A DNA stretch of 64,000 nt, taken from positions 124,001-188,000 of IMG/VR virus record IMGVR_UViG_3300046171_000231, one strand, 5' to 3'. A model generated the notes under the pieces. It did no database searches. It was given only the letters and a program-made list of their open reading frames with translations, and had not been told where the DNA came from. The translations under genes and the position numbers were made by a program. Positions 27,831 to 40,812 of the stretch are shown here, piece by piece; the first letter of the stretch is position 1; the number at the start of each line of letters is the position of its first letter.

Positions 27831-28020
27831 AAAAAAGGAGGGAGGTTGGGTTCCTGTGTACCAACAAAAGATGGGCATTACTACAGAGTAAATACATCTT
27901 TGCCTGAGACCCGACTGGTAAGTCGATTCTGACTCGCATCAGCAGCACCACCTGTGTCTCATCACCTTAACCAGCGATTGCCAGTAAGTTTATTCAGTCA
28001 CTCCCATTGTTGCGTCCAAC
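27831..28020 (-). ncRNA. manA: Probable manA RNA motif
   Basis: GC-rich, structured ~190-nt intergenic RNA (GGGAGUGACUGAAUAAACUUACUGGC...GGUGAUGAGACACAGGUGGUGCUGCU...CCUCCC). Matches my recollection of manA and its known ibpA/hsp20 context; not confirmed by a covariance-model search. Confidence 0.7.
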
Positions 28021-28026
28021 AATATA

Positions 28027-28060
28027 AGTATAGCATAAAAAAAGGAGGTGTCAACCCTCC
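28027..28060 (-). promoter_or_regulatory. regA terminator with overlapping sigma70 promoter driving manA
   Basis: GGAGG-GTTGACA-CCTCC-T7 hairpin; TTGACA-16 nt-TATACT with TG extension. Confidence 0.7.
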
Positions 28061-28491
28061 CCTTCTTCTTTCTTCTTTTTAGCACCAATATTGTATTTCG
28101 TTTCTAAAATCCATTCACCTTTATCTTTAAATGATAACACTTTGATTTGATTAAGTGGTGCAATGTCCTGTATACGAACTACATCGACCACACCAACCAA
28201 TCCCCAATCAGCAAGAAGCTGAGCAATACGATTGCGACGCTGAACATCGTTAGAAGTAAGGTTAGCGTGTTTCCCGTCAAGAGCAAAAAGTTCTTTAAAG
28301 TGGACAAGATAGTACCTCCCTTGCTTATGAAGTATGTGACAACTTTGATATATTTTCTTTTCTTTCCTACTTGCTACACCAATTCTTGTGAGAGTTTCTC
28401 TGACTTTCAGGAAATCATCTGGTTCATTCAATGTTACCTCCACCATTTGGTCGGGAGACCATGTGACGACAGGTTCTTTAACAACACTCAT
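28051..28491 (-). CDS. regA: Translational repressor RegA
   Basis: DFLKVRETLTRIG...QSCHILHKQGRYYLVHFKELF. Confidence 0.95.
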   Translation of the reverse strand: MSVVKEPVVTWSPDQMVEVTLNEPDDFLKVRETLTRIGVASRKEKKIYQSCHILHKQGRYYLVHFKELFALDGKHANLTSNDVQRRNRIAQLLADWGLVGVVDVVRIQDIAPLNQIKVLSFKDKGEWILETKYNIGAKKKKEEGEG

Positions 28492-28857
28492 TTCGCTCCT
28501 CCAGTATCAAATTTAGATTTTATAAAGTTGAGTTGTTTTTTTGTCAGAATTTTTAAAGCTTGTTTTGCTTTTTCGTTACTATAACCATAATAACGTTTTA
28601 CATAATCAAGGTCTTTAATCATATCCTTACGAAGCCAAGGAGAGAATCTCTTCTTAGTTCTGAGAGTATTTATATAAAAGTCGTATTGCATACGCTTTGG
28701 TAAGAAATTATACTTATTCATTTCGTTTGCAAAAAGGACTGCATCTAAGTGTCCAGAGAAACAACGATTAATAATATATGGAGGATAATCTTTCTCTACT
28801 AAAGGGTCTTCATCTATTAAATTTTTCTTTGTTTGGTTGATTGAATTTAACCAATCT

Positions 28858-28868
<11 letters not shown>
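28488..28868 (-). CDS. gp62: Clamp loader small subunit (T4 gp62)
   Basis: [11 protein letters not shown]...YPPYIINR...QYDFYIN...RFSPW; probable true start at 28868. Confidence 0.88.
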
Positions 28869-31607
<2,739 letters not shown>

Positions 31608-31608
31608 A

Positions 31609-31776
31609 TTATCCATTCACCATTTCATCATCCATAGTTTTATTTCGGATGACAATTGTATTACTATCATAGTCAGGATAAAATTCAATTATATCCTCGG
31701 TGTCCCAACACATTTCCTCATAAAGCATATTGAGTTTTTGCATGTCTTGGTACATATCTGATGGTCTTTCATCCAT
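31609..31776 (-). CDS. Small acidic hypothetical protein (55 aa)
   Basis: [32 protein letters not shown]...; abuts the dam stop. Confidence 0.6.
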   Translation of the reverse strand: MDERPSDMYQDMQKLNMLYEEMCWDTEDIIEFYPDYDSNTIVIRNKTMDDEMVNG

Positions 31777-32634
31777 TTAAAAAATTCCTAGTTTGTAATT
31801 AAAAAGAAGTAATTCCTTTCTAGTTTTTTGATTTCTCATATACTCCCCGACAGAACGCATTGTATATGTCAAATCAAATTCAGCAACATTCCAATTTGTA
31901 AATCTATCTTTTACTAATTGGTCTGAATTGTAACTTATAAGCATTTCAGAATTATATATTTCACAAGCTTTTGCAAAATTATCGTGGTCAAACTTTTTAT
32001 GCATTGAACCCTTTCTACCATACAAATTATCCTTAATATCGTATGGTGGGTCAAGATAAATAAATGTTTTTTCTTTATCTCCTAACAAATGACGATAATC
32101 AACATTAGTAATATACCAATCCTCAATCAGTTTACTATAAACTGGTAATTTATCAATACCTCTCATTGAGAAGTTTGCATCACTGGCTTGTGCTGAAAAG
32201 GATGATGATTCAGTAAGACCGCTGAAAGAACATTTGTTTATAATGTAGAAACAAACAGCACGGTCTTTATCTACAATATCAAGGTCATATAATTTTTCTT
32301 TTGCATCTTCAAACAATCCTTTCGCAGAACCACGATCAGGAAATCTTGATTTTAATTGTTGCAATTCACTATGAACATAGTCACCATTAACCTGTAACTG
32401 TAACCAGAAATTATATAATGGTTCATACAAATCATTAACTACAATCTTAAGTTTTGGATACTTCTTAGTAATATGTAATGCTACACTTCCACCACCTAAA
32501 AATGGTTCATAATAAACATCATAAAATCTTAAGTCTGGAATAAATGGTTCCATCTTTTTGCAAGCACGAGACTTGCCACCAGGATAACGAAGTGGTGTCT
32601 TATATGATTTAAGTGATTTAATCGTCGTGGTCAT
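31777..32634 (-). CDS. dam: DNA adenine methyltransferase (Dam/D12 class)
   Basis: LRYPGGKS, EPFLGGGSV and YLDPPY motifs. Confidence 0.92.
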   Translation of the reverse strand: MTTTIKSLKSYKTPLRYPGGKSRACKKMEPFIPDLRFYDVYYEPFLGGGSVALHITKKYPKLKIVVNDLYEPLYNFWLQLQVNGDYVHSELQQLKSRFPDRGSAKGLFEDAKEKLYDLDIVDKDRAVCFYIINKCSFSGLTESSSFSAQASDANFSMRGIDKLPVYSKLIEDWYITNVDYRHLLGDKEKTFIYLDPPYDIKDNLYGRKGSMHKKFDHDNFAKACEIYNSEMLISYNSDQLVKDRFTNWNVAEFDLTYTMRSVGEYMRNQKTRKELLLFNYKLGIF

Positions 32635-32764
32635 CCCAAGGGTCAGTTAAATTTTCATTAGCAAAGAATCCCTTATACACACCATAAGCAGCTAACAAAA
32701 TAGTAATAACTGCAATTGATATACCAAATGTGTAATCAGGATTTAAATTAAGATGCGGAATCAA
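32618..32764 (-). CDS. psbN: Photosystem II biogenesis protein PsbN (48 aa, TTG start, not in ORF track)
   Basis: Single TM helix then YGVYKGFFANENLTDPWDDHDD*; GGAGG Shine-Dalgarno upstream of the TTG. Confidence 0.8.
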   Translation of the reverse strand: MIPHLNLNPDYTFGISIAVITILLAAYGVYKGFFANENLTDPWDDHDD

Positions 32765-32985
32765 TATATAATTCCTCCACCTGTTCTTCTCTGTCTTAAT
32801 TCTTCAAGTTCAATTTTAATCTCAATTATTTCGGTAAGGTCATTTACTGAATTAGACATCGATTGATATCCTGCACCAACAAAGATTTGTCCTGCCATTA
32901 CTGCAACAGTGCAAGCACCCCAGAACAAATAATATTGATAAGATTTGATTTGTGCTTTAGTTTTAGCGAAAGTTGATTTAGTCAT
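32761..32985 (-). CDS. Hypothetical membrane protein
   Basis: TM segment YYLFWGACTVAVMAGQIFVGAG followed by a coiled coil. Confidence 0.6.
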   Translation of the reverse strand: MTKSTFAKTKAQIKSYQYYLFWGACTVAVMAGQIFVGAGYQSMSNSVNDLTEIIEIKIELEELRQRRTGGGIIY

Positions 32986-33269
32986 TATATAATTAATTTT
33001 TTAGTAGGTGTTGATAACTTACCAAACATTGTATTATATTGTTCGATAATCTCTTCTTGAGGATTTCCTTCATACACAACATATTTTTTAGTAACTTCAA
33101 TTTTATCTTTTTGAAGTAAAGGAGACCAAGGAGCAAAAGCAATTCTTCCCTCTTGTGGAGAAGGAACTGCTACGATTGGATTTTCGATTACATAAGAATC
33201 ATTTGTTTCTTCAACGATGTCGGTGATTACATCTTCACCAGACCACATACGAATTAGTTTTACAGTCAT
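32985..33269 (-). CDS. Conserved phage hypothetical protein (Sm-like fold)
   Basis: VKLIRMWSGEDVI...ENPIVAV...FAPWSP pattern. Confidence 0.7.
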   Translation of the reverse strand: MTVKLIRMWSGEDVITDIVEETNDSYVIENPIVAVPSPQEGRIAFAPWSPLLQKDKIEVTKKYVVYEGNPQEEIIEQYNTMFGKLSTPTKKLII

Positions 33270-33288
33270 TTAAATTTCCATTAATTAT

Positions 33289-33317
33289 ATTTTAGCAAGT
33301 AAACATTAAAAAGTCAA
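33289..33317 (-). promoter_or_regulatory. Sigma70-type promoter
   Basis: TTGACT-17 nt-TAAAAT with TG extension, abutting the doxX stop. Confidence 0.65.
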
Positions 33318-33740
33318 TTATTCAAAAGGTAAATGTGGTCTTTTGAATTTTATTCTAAACTTTCTTAAAAATATATCAAGTGCAAAGTCTCCTCCACCAT
33401 AACAAAGGACACAGAATGCACCCCCAAAGTATAGTATTAAAAGTTCAAGTAAGTAGATATTAAAACCTGATGTGGCAACTGCGTGATATATTGCAACTGA
33501 TATTGTCCCAACAATAGATAATGCACCAAGTCTTGTAAGCAATCCAACAATTATTAACCAACTACCATATATTTCAGAGTATGCAGCAATATATGATAAG
33601 AAAATTGGAAATGGTAATCCAAGAGGTTTTACAAAAGCGTTTGCAAAATTTTCTATATCTGCTGTTTTTTCGTATCCGTGATGTATCAACATAGTTCCTA
33701 TTGATAATCTTAGAATTAATAAACCGAAAGATTTAATCAT
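33318..33740 (-). CDS. DoxX family membrane protein
   Basis: LILRLSIGTMLIHHGYEK...EIYGSWLIIVGLLTRLGA; four TM helices. Confidence 0.85.
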   Translation of the reverse strand: MIKSFGLLILRLSIGTMLIHHGYEKTADIENFANAFVKPLGLPFPIFLSYIAAYSEIYGSWLIIVGLLTRLGALSIVGTISVAIYHAVATSGFNIYLLELLILYFGGAFCVLCYGGGDFALDIFLRKFRIKFKRPHLPFE

Positions 33741-34678
33741 TTGAATTCACACTCCACCATAATTTCTGTTAACGCTGCCAAAAGATTAATTTCTTGATCT
33801 GCGACGAACGCAATTTGGTATTGATATTTTGCAATAATAAGGACAGCAGCAGGTATAGTGCTATGCTCCAAGGAATCATATAAGCTATCGTAAATACGAC
33901 GCAATAACATAGAAGTGTCGTTGTCCAAGTTGGAAACAACCCACTTACGAACTTCCGAAAAGTTTTTTTGTTTGAGACTTTTAATGAGATCATTTACTGC
34001 AACATCTGAGAAAACTGCTAATATACCACTATCTATTTTTCCACTTACTGAGTATCTCTGACACTCATTTAATACTCTTCTCCAATCAGGAAAATGACTA
34101 TTAATTAATTGTGCTACAACTTTTTTATCTGCCTCTATCTTTTCTTGTTCAAGAATATTTGTAAGTCTTGAAAAGAATTGAGTTGCTATTGCGGGTTTGT
34201 CTCTTTTGTGTATAGAGAAATCAACAACACTGCACCGAGAATGGAGTGGCTCAATAATCTTGTTTTTGTAGTTGCAGGTAAAGATAAACCTACAGTTTTT
34301 TGAGAACTCCTCAATAGACGCTCTGAGAAGGAGCTGTACATCGGAAGTGGTATTGTCTGCTTCATCAATGATGATGACTTTATGTTTCGACTCACTTGTA
34401 AGAGAGACGGTAGATGCAAAGTTCTTTGCGTTGTTCCGAACAGTGTCCAGAAAGCGTCCTTCATCCGATCCATTAATAACATAAAAATCTGCTCCAAGTT
34501 GATGGCACAATGCCTTTGCTACTGTGGTCTTACCAATACCTGGTGGACCTGACAATAACATATTTGGTATCTCACCTCTTTCAACAAAATCTTGAAATGT
34601 TTTCTTTATACCTTGCGGTAGAATACATTCATCAATTGTCTTGGGTCTGTATTTTTCAACCCATATAAAATCACTCAT
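33737..34678 (-). CDS. gp44: Clamp loader large subunit (T4 gp44)
   Basis: WVEKYRP, GPPGIGKT, IIDEAD and HSRC motifs. Confidence 0.95.
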   Translation of the reverse strand: MSDFIWVEKYRPKTIDECILPQGIKKTFQDFVERGEIPNMLLSGPPGIGKTTVAKALCHQLGADFYVINGSDEGRFLDTVRNNAKNFASTVSLTSESKHKVIIIDEADNTTSDVQLLLRASIEEFSKNCRFIFTCNYKNKIIEPLHSRCSVVDFSIHKRDKPAIATQFFSRLTNILEQEKIEADKKVVAQLINSHFPDWRRVLNECQRYSVSGKIDSGILAVFSDVAVNDLIKSLKQKNFSEVRKWVVSNLDNDTSMLLRRIYDSLYDSLEHSTIPAAVLIIAKYQYQIAFVADQEINLLAALTEIMVECEFK

Positions 34679-34902
34679 TATTTAAAACCTTTTGATTTTG
34701 GTTTTGGTTTGTCAAGAACATGAATAACTGTTCCTTGAAACCAAGGTGAATTACAATTATTCCACCAATATTCTTGAACCTCATCCCAAGATTCTACCAC
34801 AAAAGATTTATTTTGACAAACTATTCGATAATGATGACGATCATAAGAACCGTCAGAAGTTTGAGAAAAATATCTTGGGTCATCTTTAGCAATTAATTGC
34901 AT
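34678..34902 (-). CDS. Hypothetical protein
   Basis: 74-aa ORF coupled to gp44. Confidence 0.6.
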   Translation of the reverse strand: MQLIAKDDPRYFSQTSDGSYDRHHYRIVCQNKSFVVESWDEVQEYWWNNCNSPWFQGTVIHVLDKPKPKSKGFK

Positions 34903-35365
34903 TTTCTTTTGCCCTCCATTCTTTTCTCATTCTAACATACACATCACTTTTCGCAACAATATCACGAACTTTTTTAAATACTCTTGCAGATTCAGCATAT
35001 TTACTTGATAAGTTATCTGCTTCTTGAGGTAATACTTCTTTAGTTCCTTTTTTGTATTTCCTACCAGAGTTATGATTCGCATATCTTCTTGCTCTAGTAA
35101 ATCCCATTTCTAAAAATTTACGACACATATCCATACCAATGAAGTCTCCTTCATCACGGTAATCAAGATACAAAGCAAAAATTTTGTTAGAAGATATTAT
35201 TGCTTCTCTAGGAGTTTTGAATCTCCAATGATTACAAATAGTGTTAGTATAAGGGCGAACCAGTAAAACTCCTTGCTCTCCCCTTCCAATACGATAAAGT
35301 TCACGAGTTTCCGTATCTGTAAAATTAAGTTTTTTGTAATCGAGGTCATAGTCAAATTCTTTCAT
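34886..35365 (-). CDS. DUF4385-like protein
   Basis: YRIGRGEQGVLLVRPY...WRFKT...GMDMCRKFLEMGFTRARRYANH. Confidence 0.75.
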   Translation of the reverse strand: MKEFDYDLDYKKLNFTDTETRELYRIGRGEQGVLLVRPYTNTICNHWRFKTPREAIISSNKIFALYLDYRDEGDFIGMDMCRKFLEMGFTRARRYANHNSGRKYKKGTKEVLPQEADNLSSKYAESARVFKKVRDIVAKSDVYVRMRKEWRAKENAINC

Positions 35366-35896
35366 AGCCAATTTGGTTTTTTGGATGGGTCACGTAAATA
35401 ATTAGATGCAGCCCAAGGTTTGGACGATATATAACGTTTGTAAGCAGTAAGAGTGTCAATGCTTGTGTCATATTTAAACTCATCGGGACCTGCGAATGCG
35501 AATGGTGTTGCTTCTCTGTAGGCATAGTAATGTCTTTCCTGTTTTTTCTTCAAACACTTTCTCTGCTGCATTCATTGCAGTTTGACAAGAGTGTACTTTA
35601 CCATACCTATGAGTATACTCTTCAAGTAATCCAAAACCATGTTGAATTAACCACGCAGTGTTTGCAATACTTTCTGCTGCCCAGATAGTGCAAGGATGTC
35701 CTCGAAAGGCACCTTTCTCTGTGTTGTATGGTGTTCCGTCTTTCTTGGGTAATAAATCATTACCCCAATCATAATACCATTTAGAAAAAACTACTGCTAA
35801 CATCTGGCAAGTTTCTAATGGCATTTTGACAATGTGTTTATCAGGTAGAACCTCTGCCGAAACAACAGGGTCAGGGTCTGTCACAAAAATGTTCAT
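35362..35896 (-). CDS. Pyrimidine dimer DNA glycosylase-like (DenV family) with a +1 frameshift near 35523
   Basis: MNIFVTD...DKHIVKMPLETCQML...HPCTIW...Y..RYGKVH; the C-terminus continues in ORF 35362..35571. Confidence 0.7.
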
Positions 35897-35916
35897 AATA
35901 TAAGTTTGATACTTTT

Positions 35917-35945
35917 ATTATAACAGAACATTTATTATTTGACAA
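35917..35945 (-). promoter_or_regulatory. Sigma70-type promoter overlapping the oxygenase 3' end
   Basis: TTGTCA-17 nt-TATAAT with TG extension. Confidence 0.7.
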
Positions 35946-36456
35946 TATAATAATTTATATTTACCACTATTCTTCTATCTTTATCCGTACAACTGACAGG
36001 AGCATGTTTTGTTGAGCAGTCAAATGTGACCATTCTATTTGCAACACTATTTACAAATGTACCATCTTCAAATTTTGTACCTCCATTATTAGTATTCATA
36101 TACAATATAGAAGTGGTAATTTTATCTTTTCTTTTATCTTCATAGTCTGTATGAAACCATCCCGTATTTTGCTCTGATGTTTTATAATTACAATTTGCTT
36201 TGAATTTATCTACTCTTTCTACGTTTAATTTTGAAAAACAACTACTACTTTTAAAATAAAAATAGTAGTGGCTATTTGTATCTCCATCTTCTACAAAACC
36301 ATGAATTAACTGAGGAACATTATCTCCTATAAATTTTCCATCAACTACGTTTCCATGACTATGTGGTTGCCAGTACCAAGGAAAATCTCTTCCCTCCATT
36401 TCATTTTTTATTTTATAAAATTCATTATCTGGTAAAAAATTATCAACTATCTTCAT
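35935..36456 (-). CDS. 2OG-Fe(II) oxygenase superfamily protein
   Basis: WFHTD (HxD)...FD...KHA...RIVVNINY. Confidence 0.82.
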   Translation of the reverse strand: MKIVDNFLPDNEFYKIKNEMEGRDFPWYWQPHSHGNVVDGKFIGDNVPQLIHGFVEDGDTNSHYYFYFKSSSCFSKLNVERVDKFKANCNYKTSEQNTGWFHTDYEDKRKDKITTSILYMNTNNGGTKFEDGTFVNSVANRMVTFDCSTKHAPVSCTDKDRRIVVNINYYIVK

Positions 36457-36706
36457 TTTCTTCCAAATCATATTCCCAATCTTCTATTACAATATTAGCA
36501 AACAATCTATCACTAAGTAAGTCTAATTGTTCCTTTGCTTTATCTCTACTCTCTGCATCAAAAGTTAATTCAATGAGTTTATTAATTCTTAAAGTATCTA
36601 CAGTAATATCAGATGCAACTCTATTTACATTCGCTCTTACAGCATTTCCTGCAGCATCAGATACTGACGCTCTTAATCTAATATAAACCTTTGCTTTGAA
36701 TTTCAT
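36443..36706 (-). CDS. purS: Phosphoribosylformylglycinamidine synthase PurS subunit
   Basis: FKAKVYIRLRASVSDAAG...KLIEL...RLFANIVIEDW. Confidence 0.85.
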   Translation of the reverse strand: MKFKAKVYIRLRASVSDAAGNAVRANVNRVASDITVDTLRINKLIELTFDAESRDKAKEQLDLLSDRLFANIVIEDWEYDLEENEDS

Positions 36707-36707
36707 T

Positions 36708-38252
36708 TTAAGAATAAATGTTATCTTTTAGAAATTGATAGTGAGTTGGTTGATTATCAACCCACTTCATAATAGTCTTACGATGTTGTTGCCATTGTTC
36801 ATGTAATTTATCTATATTTTTATCATTTGAAATTTGTTGAAGAACATATTTTTCATTTAAAGGATTATTACCTAAACCAGCTGCGATATATAACCACCCA
36901 TCATTTTCACTTGAGTCAAACTTCATAATTTTATTCATAGAATCTTTACTTGTACTAACGTTTAAACAATCTCTCCAATATTCTGTATCTGTTCTTTGAG
37001 ACAGTGTATAGTGTGCAAGCACAAAATTTTTGTAAGTATCCATCATTGCATCTGTAGAATTATTAAAAAAGTCAATATCAAATTGTGTTACGAATGAATC
37101 TCTTCTTACAAGAGTATCACATAATACGATAGCACATTGATGAGATGTTAATAATCCAGTGGATTCTAATGGTTCTAGGAAACCATATGACAATCCAATT
37201 GCTACACAATTTTTCTTCCAAGCAACATCATGTTTTCCATGTTTAATTTTTATATGTTCAAATTCTACTTTTTCATCTACTTCAGAATTAAATCCTTTAG
37301 ATTTTTTCTTAAAAAATCTTTTACTTAAATATTGTTTAAATTCATTTTCTGCTTTTTCTTGACTTGTGTATTTACTACTATAAACATATCCTGTTCCAAT
37401 TCTATCCCAGAGAGGAATATTCCAACACCATCCATTTTCAAGAGCAACGTTATCTGTGTAAGTAGACATTTCACTCTCAATATTATTATACTCAATGTTT
37501 GCTTTTATTGCACTATCATTAAACAATTCATTTTGAAATGAGCGAAATGGAACATTTAAATATTTTTCTAAAAGTAAAGATTTAAATCCTGTACAATCAA
37601 CATATAAATCTGATTTAATACTTTCATTATCGACAGTTATTAATTTGCAAATACTTTCATCAGAATTCAATATAATATCTTTAATTTCAGTTATTTTATG
37701 AATTACTCCATTCGGAATACAATGTTCATCTCTTAAATATTTTCCAAATAATTCTGCATCTAAATGATAAGCTATATCATCTGCTAAATTAAAATTACCT
37801 ATACTCATATCTGAATTAACAGGTATTTTAGATTTCTCTGCTATAAATGTATTATGATTTACAAATCTAGAAAACTCTTCATATGGATATAATTTTTTTC
37901 CAAATTTAGAACGGAGTAGAAAAAATTCAATTGCATTATTTTTGTAAGTATCTTTTAAGTCATATTTTCCAAATGGATATTGAAATCTTTCTCCTTGACC
38001 TTCTCTCCAGTTTTTAAATGCAATAGATGTCTTATAAGTTGCTTTACATTTTGGCATCCACTCACTATCATCTAATTCTAATCTATTAAGTAATTCATTA
38101 AATTTTTGTAAGGTTGATTCACCAACACCTATAGTTTTTATCTTTTGAGATTCTATTAAGGTAATTTTTATATTTGAATACTTAGATAATAAGGCTGCTG
38201 TCATCCATCCTGCAGAACCACCACCAACTATAGTGACAGATTTTATCTTCAT
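36708..38252 (-). CDS. Flavin-dependent (tryptophan halogenase-like) halogenase, intact
   Basis: IVGGGSAG, GVGEST, AYHLDA, GWCWNIP, FLEPLEST and HY...RTDTEYW motifs. Confidence 0.9.
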   Translation of the reverse strand: MKIKSVTIVGGGSAGWMTAALLSKYSNIKITLIESQKIKTIGVGESTLQKFNELLNRLELDDSEWMPKCKATYKTSIAFKNWREGQGERFQYPFGKYDLKDTYKNNAIEFFLLRSKFGKKLYPYEEFSRFVNHNTFIAEKSKIPVNSDMSIGNFNLADDIAYHLDAELFGKYLRDEHCIPNGVIHKITEIKDIILNSDESICKLITVDNESIKSDLYVDCTGFKSLLLEKYLNVPFRSFQNELFNDSAIKANIEYNNIESEMSTYTDNVALENGWCWNIPLWDRIGTGYVYSSKYTSQEKAENEFKQYLSKRFFKKKSKGFNSEVDEKVEFEHIKIKHGKHDVAWKKNCVAIGLSYGFLEPLESTGLLTSHQCAIVLCDTLVRRDSFVTQFDIDFFNNSTDAMMDTYKNFVLAHYTLSQRTDTEYWRDCLNVSTSKDSMNKIMKFDSSENDGWLYIAAGLGNNPLNEKYVLQQISNDKNIDKLHEQWQQHRKTIMKWVDNQPTHYQFLKDNIYS

Positions 38253-38512
38253 TTCTTCTTTAATTCTTTCATATATTCCTCTCTACCATCTTTAGTAAAG
38301 ACTTTCTTTTCGTAATCAAAGTAAGGATGAGGTTGGGCATTTTCAAAAGGATTCTTCGATACATTTTTCAATACAATAAATTTATCCTTTGCAAAAGTTC
38401 CTGCAACCTGTACTTCGATATTATCACCATCTTTCCAGTTTATTTGACCTTTCAGATTAGTATGAAGCATAGCTTCTTGTATCTGGTCAATAAGTTCTTG
38501 TGTCAGTTTCAT
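38249..38512 (-). CDS. Hypothetical protein
   Basis: 87-aa ORF coupled to both neighbours. Confidence 0.6.
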   Translation of the reverse strand: MKLTQELIDQIQEAMLHTNLKGQINWKDGDNIEVQVAGTFAKDKFIVLKNVSKNPFENAQPHPYFDYEKKVFTKDGREEYMKELKKK

Positions 38513-38733
38513 TAATCAAATATTCCGTATTGTGTTAGATCGTATTTTACTTTAGCAATACCTTCTTCTTTTACTCTATTAGGTTGTCCTATTTTTGCTA
38601 GAATATCAGCAGGTATTTTCTTTTTAGTAATGTCATAGGGTATAGGTGCGTTTGCTACACATACCCTTACACATTCTAATTCTTCATCAGTCAATGGTAT
38701 CATTGTCCAATCAATTTTATCCATATCAACCAA
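38512..38733 (-). CDS. Hypothetical protein
   Basis: 73-aa ORF following gp45. Confidence 0.55.
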   Translation of the reverse strand: MVDMDKIDWTMIPLTDEELECVRVCVANAPIPYDITKKKIPADILAKIGQPNRVKEEGIAKVKYDLTQYGIFD

Positions 38734-39400
38734 ATGTTGAATCTGGTTCTAGTGCTATAAAGTACTTAAGATTATATTGCTTATTTGTAAACTCGGAAAG
38801 TAATTTAGATGAAATTACTACATCATATGCACCAGGTATAATTTTAATATTTTCTACCTTAAAGTTAAATTCAAAAGTCTGGTCTGTCTCTCCAACATAA
38901 ACTGCATATTCATTCGATGTATCATTCTTCTTATCACGAACAACCATATGAATATCTCCATCTTTACCTAGAACAGATAAGTCAGGTAGTTGATATACTG
39001 CTGCTGCCTTTACAAGTTTTTCTAATGAAGTACTTTCTAATTGAAAAGTTACTTCTTGAGTAGGTAAATTAATCTCCTTATCTGGTGGAGCAATAATTAC
39101 CTGTGGGTCTGCATAAAAATACTTGACTCTTCTTTTACCTTCTTCAATTGAAATGTATGCATCTTTTGAGAAGTCAAGATTAGGGTCTTGATGTAAACTT
39201 AATCCATTTAAGAACTGATTGAGATCATATATTGCAACGTCTCTAGGAAAGTCCTCTGGAATATCTGCTTCAGCAAGAATATTCTTTGCAACTGATATTG
39301 TGCGAAGTTGGTTCCCTTCTTTAACAAGAATTGAATTATTAATTCCTGCAAAGTTTTTAAGAACTGTAAGTGTACTGTCTGATAATTTCATGAAATGCAT
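38726..39400 (-). CDS. gp45: Sliding clamp (T4 gp45)
   Basis: MKLSDSTLTVLKNFAGINNSIL...IYDLNQFL...YFIALE. Confidence 0.95.
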   Translation of the reverse strand: MHFMKLSDSTLTVLKNFAGINNSILVKEGNQLRTISVAKNILAEADIPEDFPRDVAIYDLNQFLNGLSLHQDPNLDFSKDAYISIEEGKRRVKYFYADPQVIIAPPDKEINLPTQEVTFQLESTSLEKLVKAAAVYQLPDLSVLGKDGDIHMVVRDKKNDTSNEYAVYVGETDQTFEFNFKVENIKIIPGAYDVVISSKLLSEFTNKQYNLKYFIALEPDSTFG

Positions 39401-39402
39401 AA

Positions 39403-40792
<1,390 letters not shown>

Positions 40793-40812
<20 letters not shown>

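Noticed and set aside
27831-27870. tRNA gene (T-arm-like GGUACACAGGAACCC near the RNA 3' end)
   Set aside because: No cloverleaf, anticodon arm or CCA; better explained as part of the manA-like RNA
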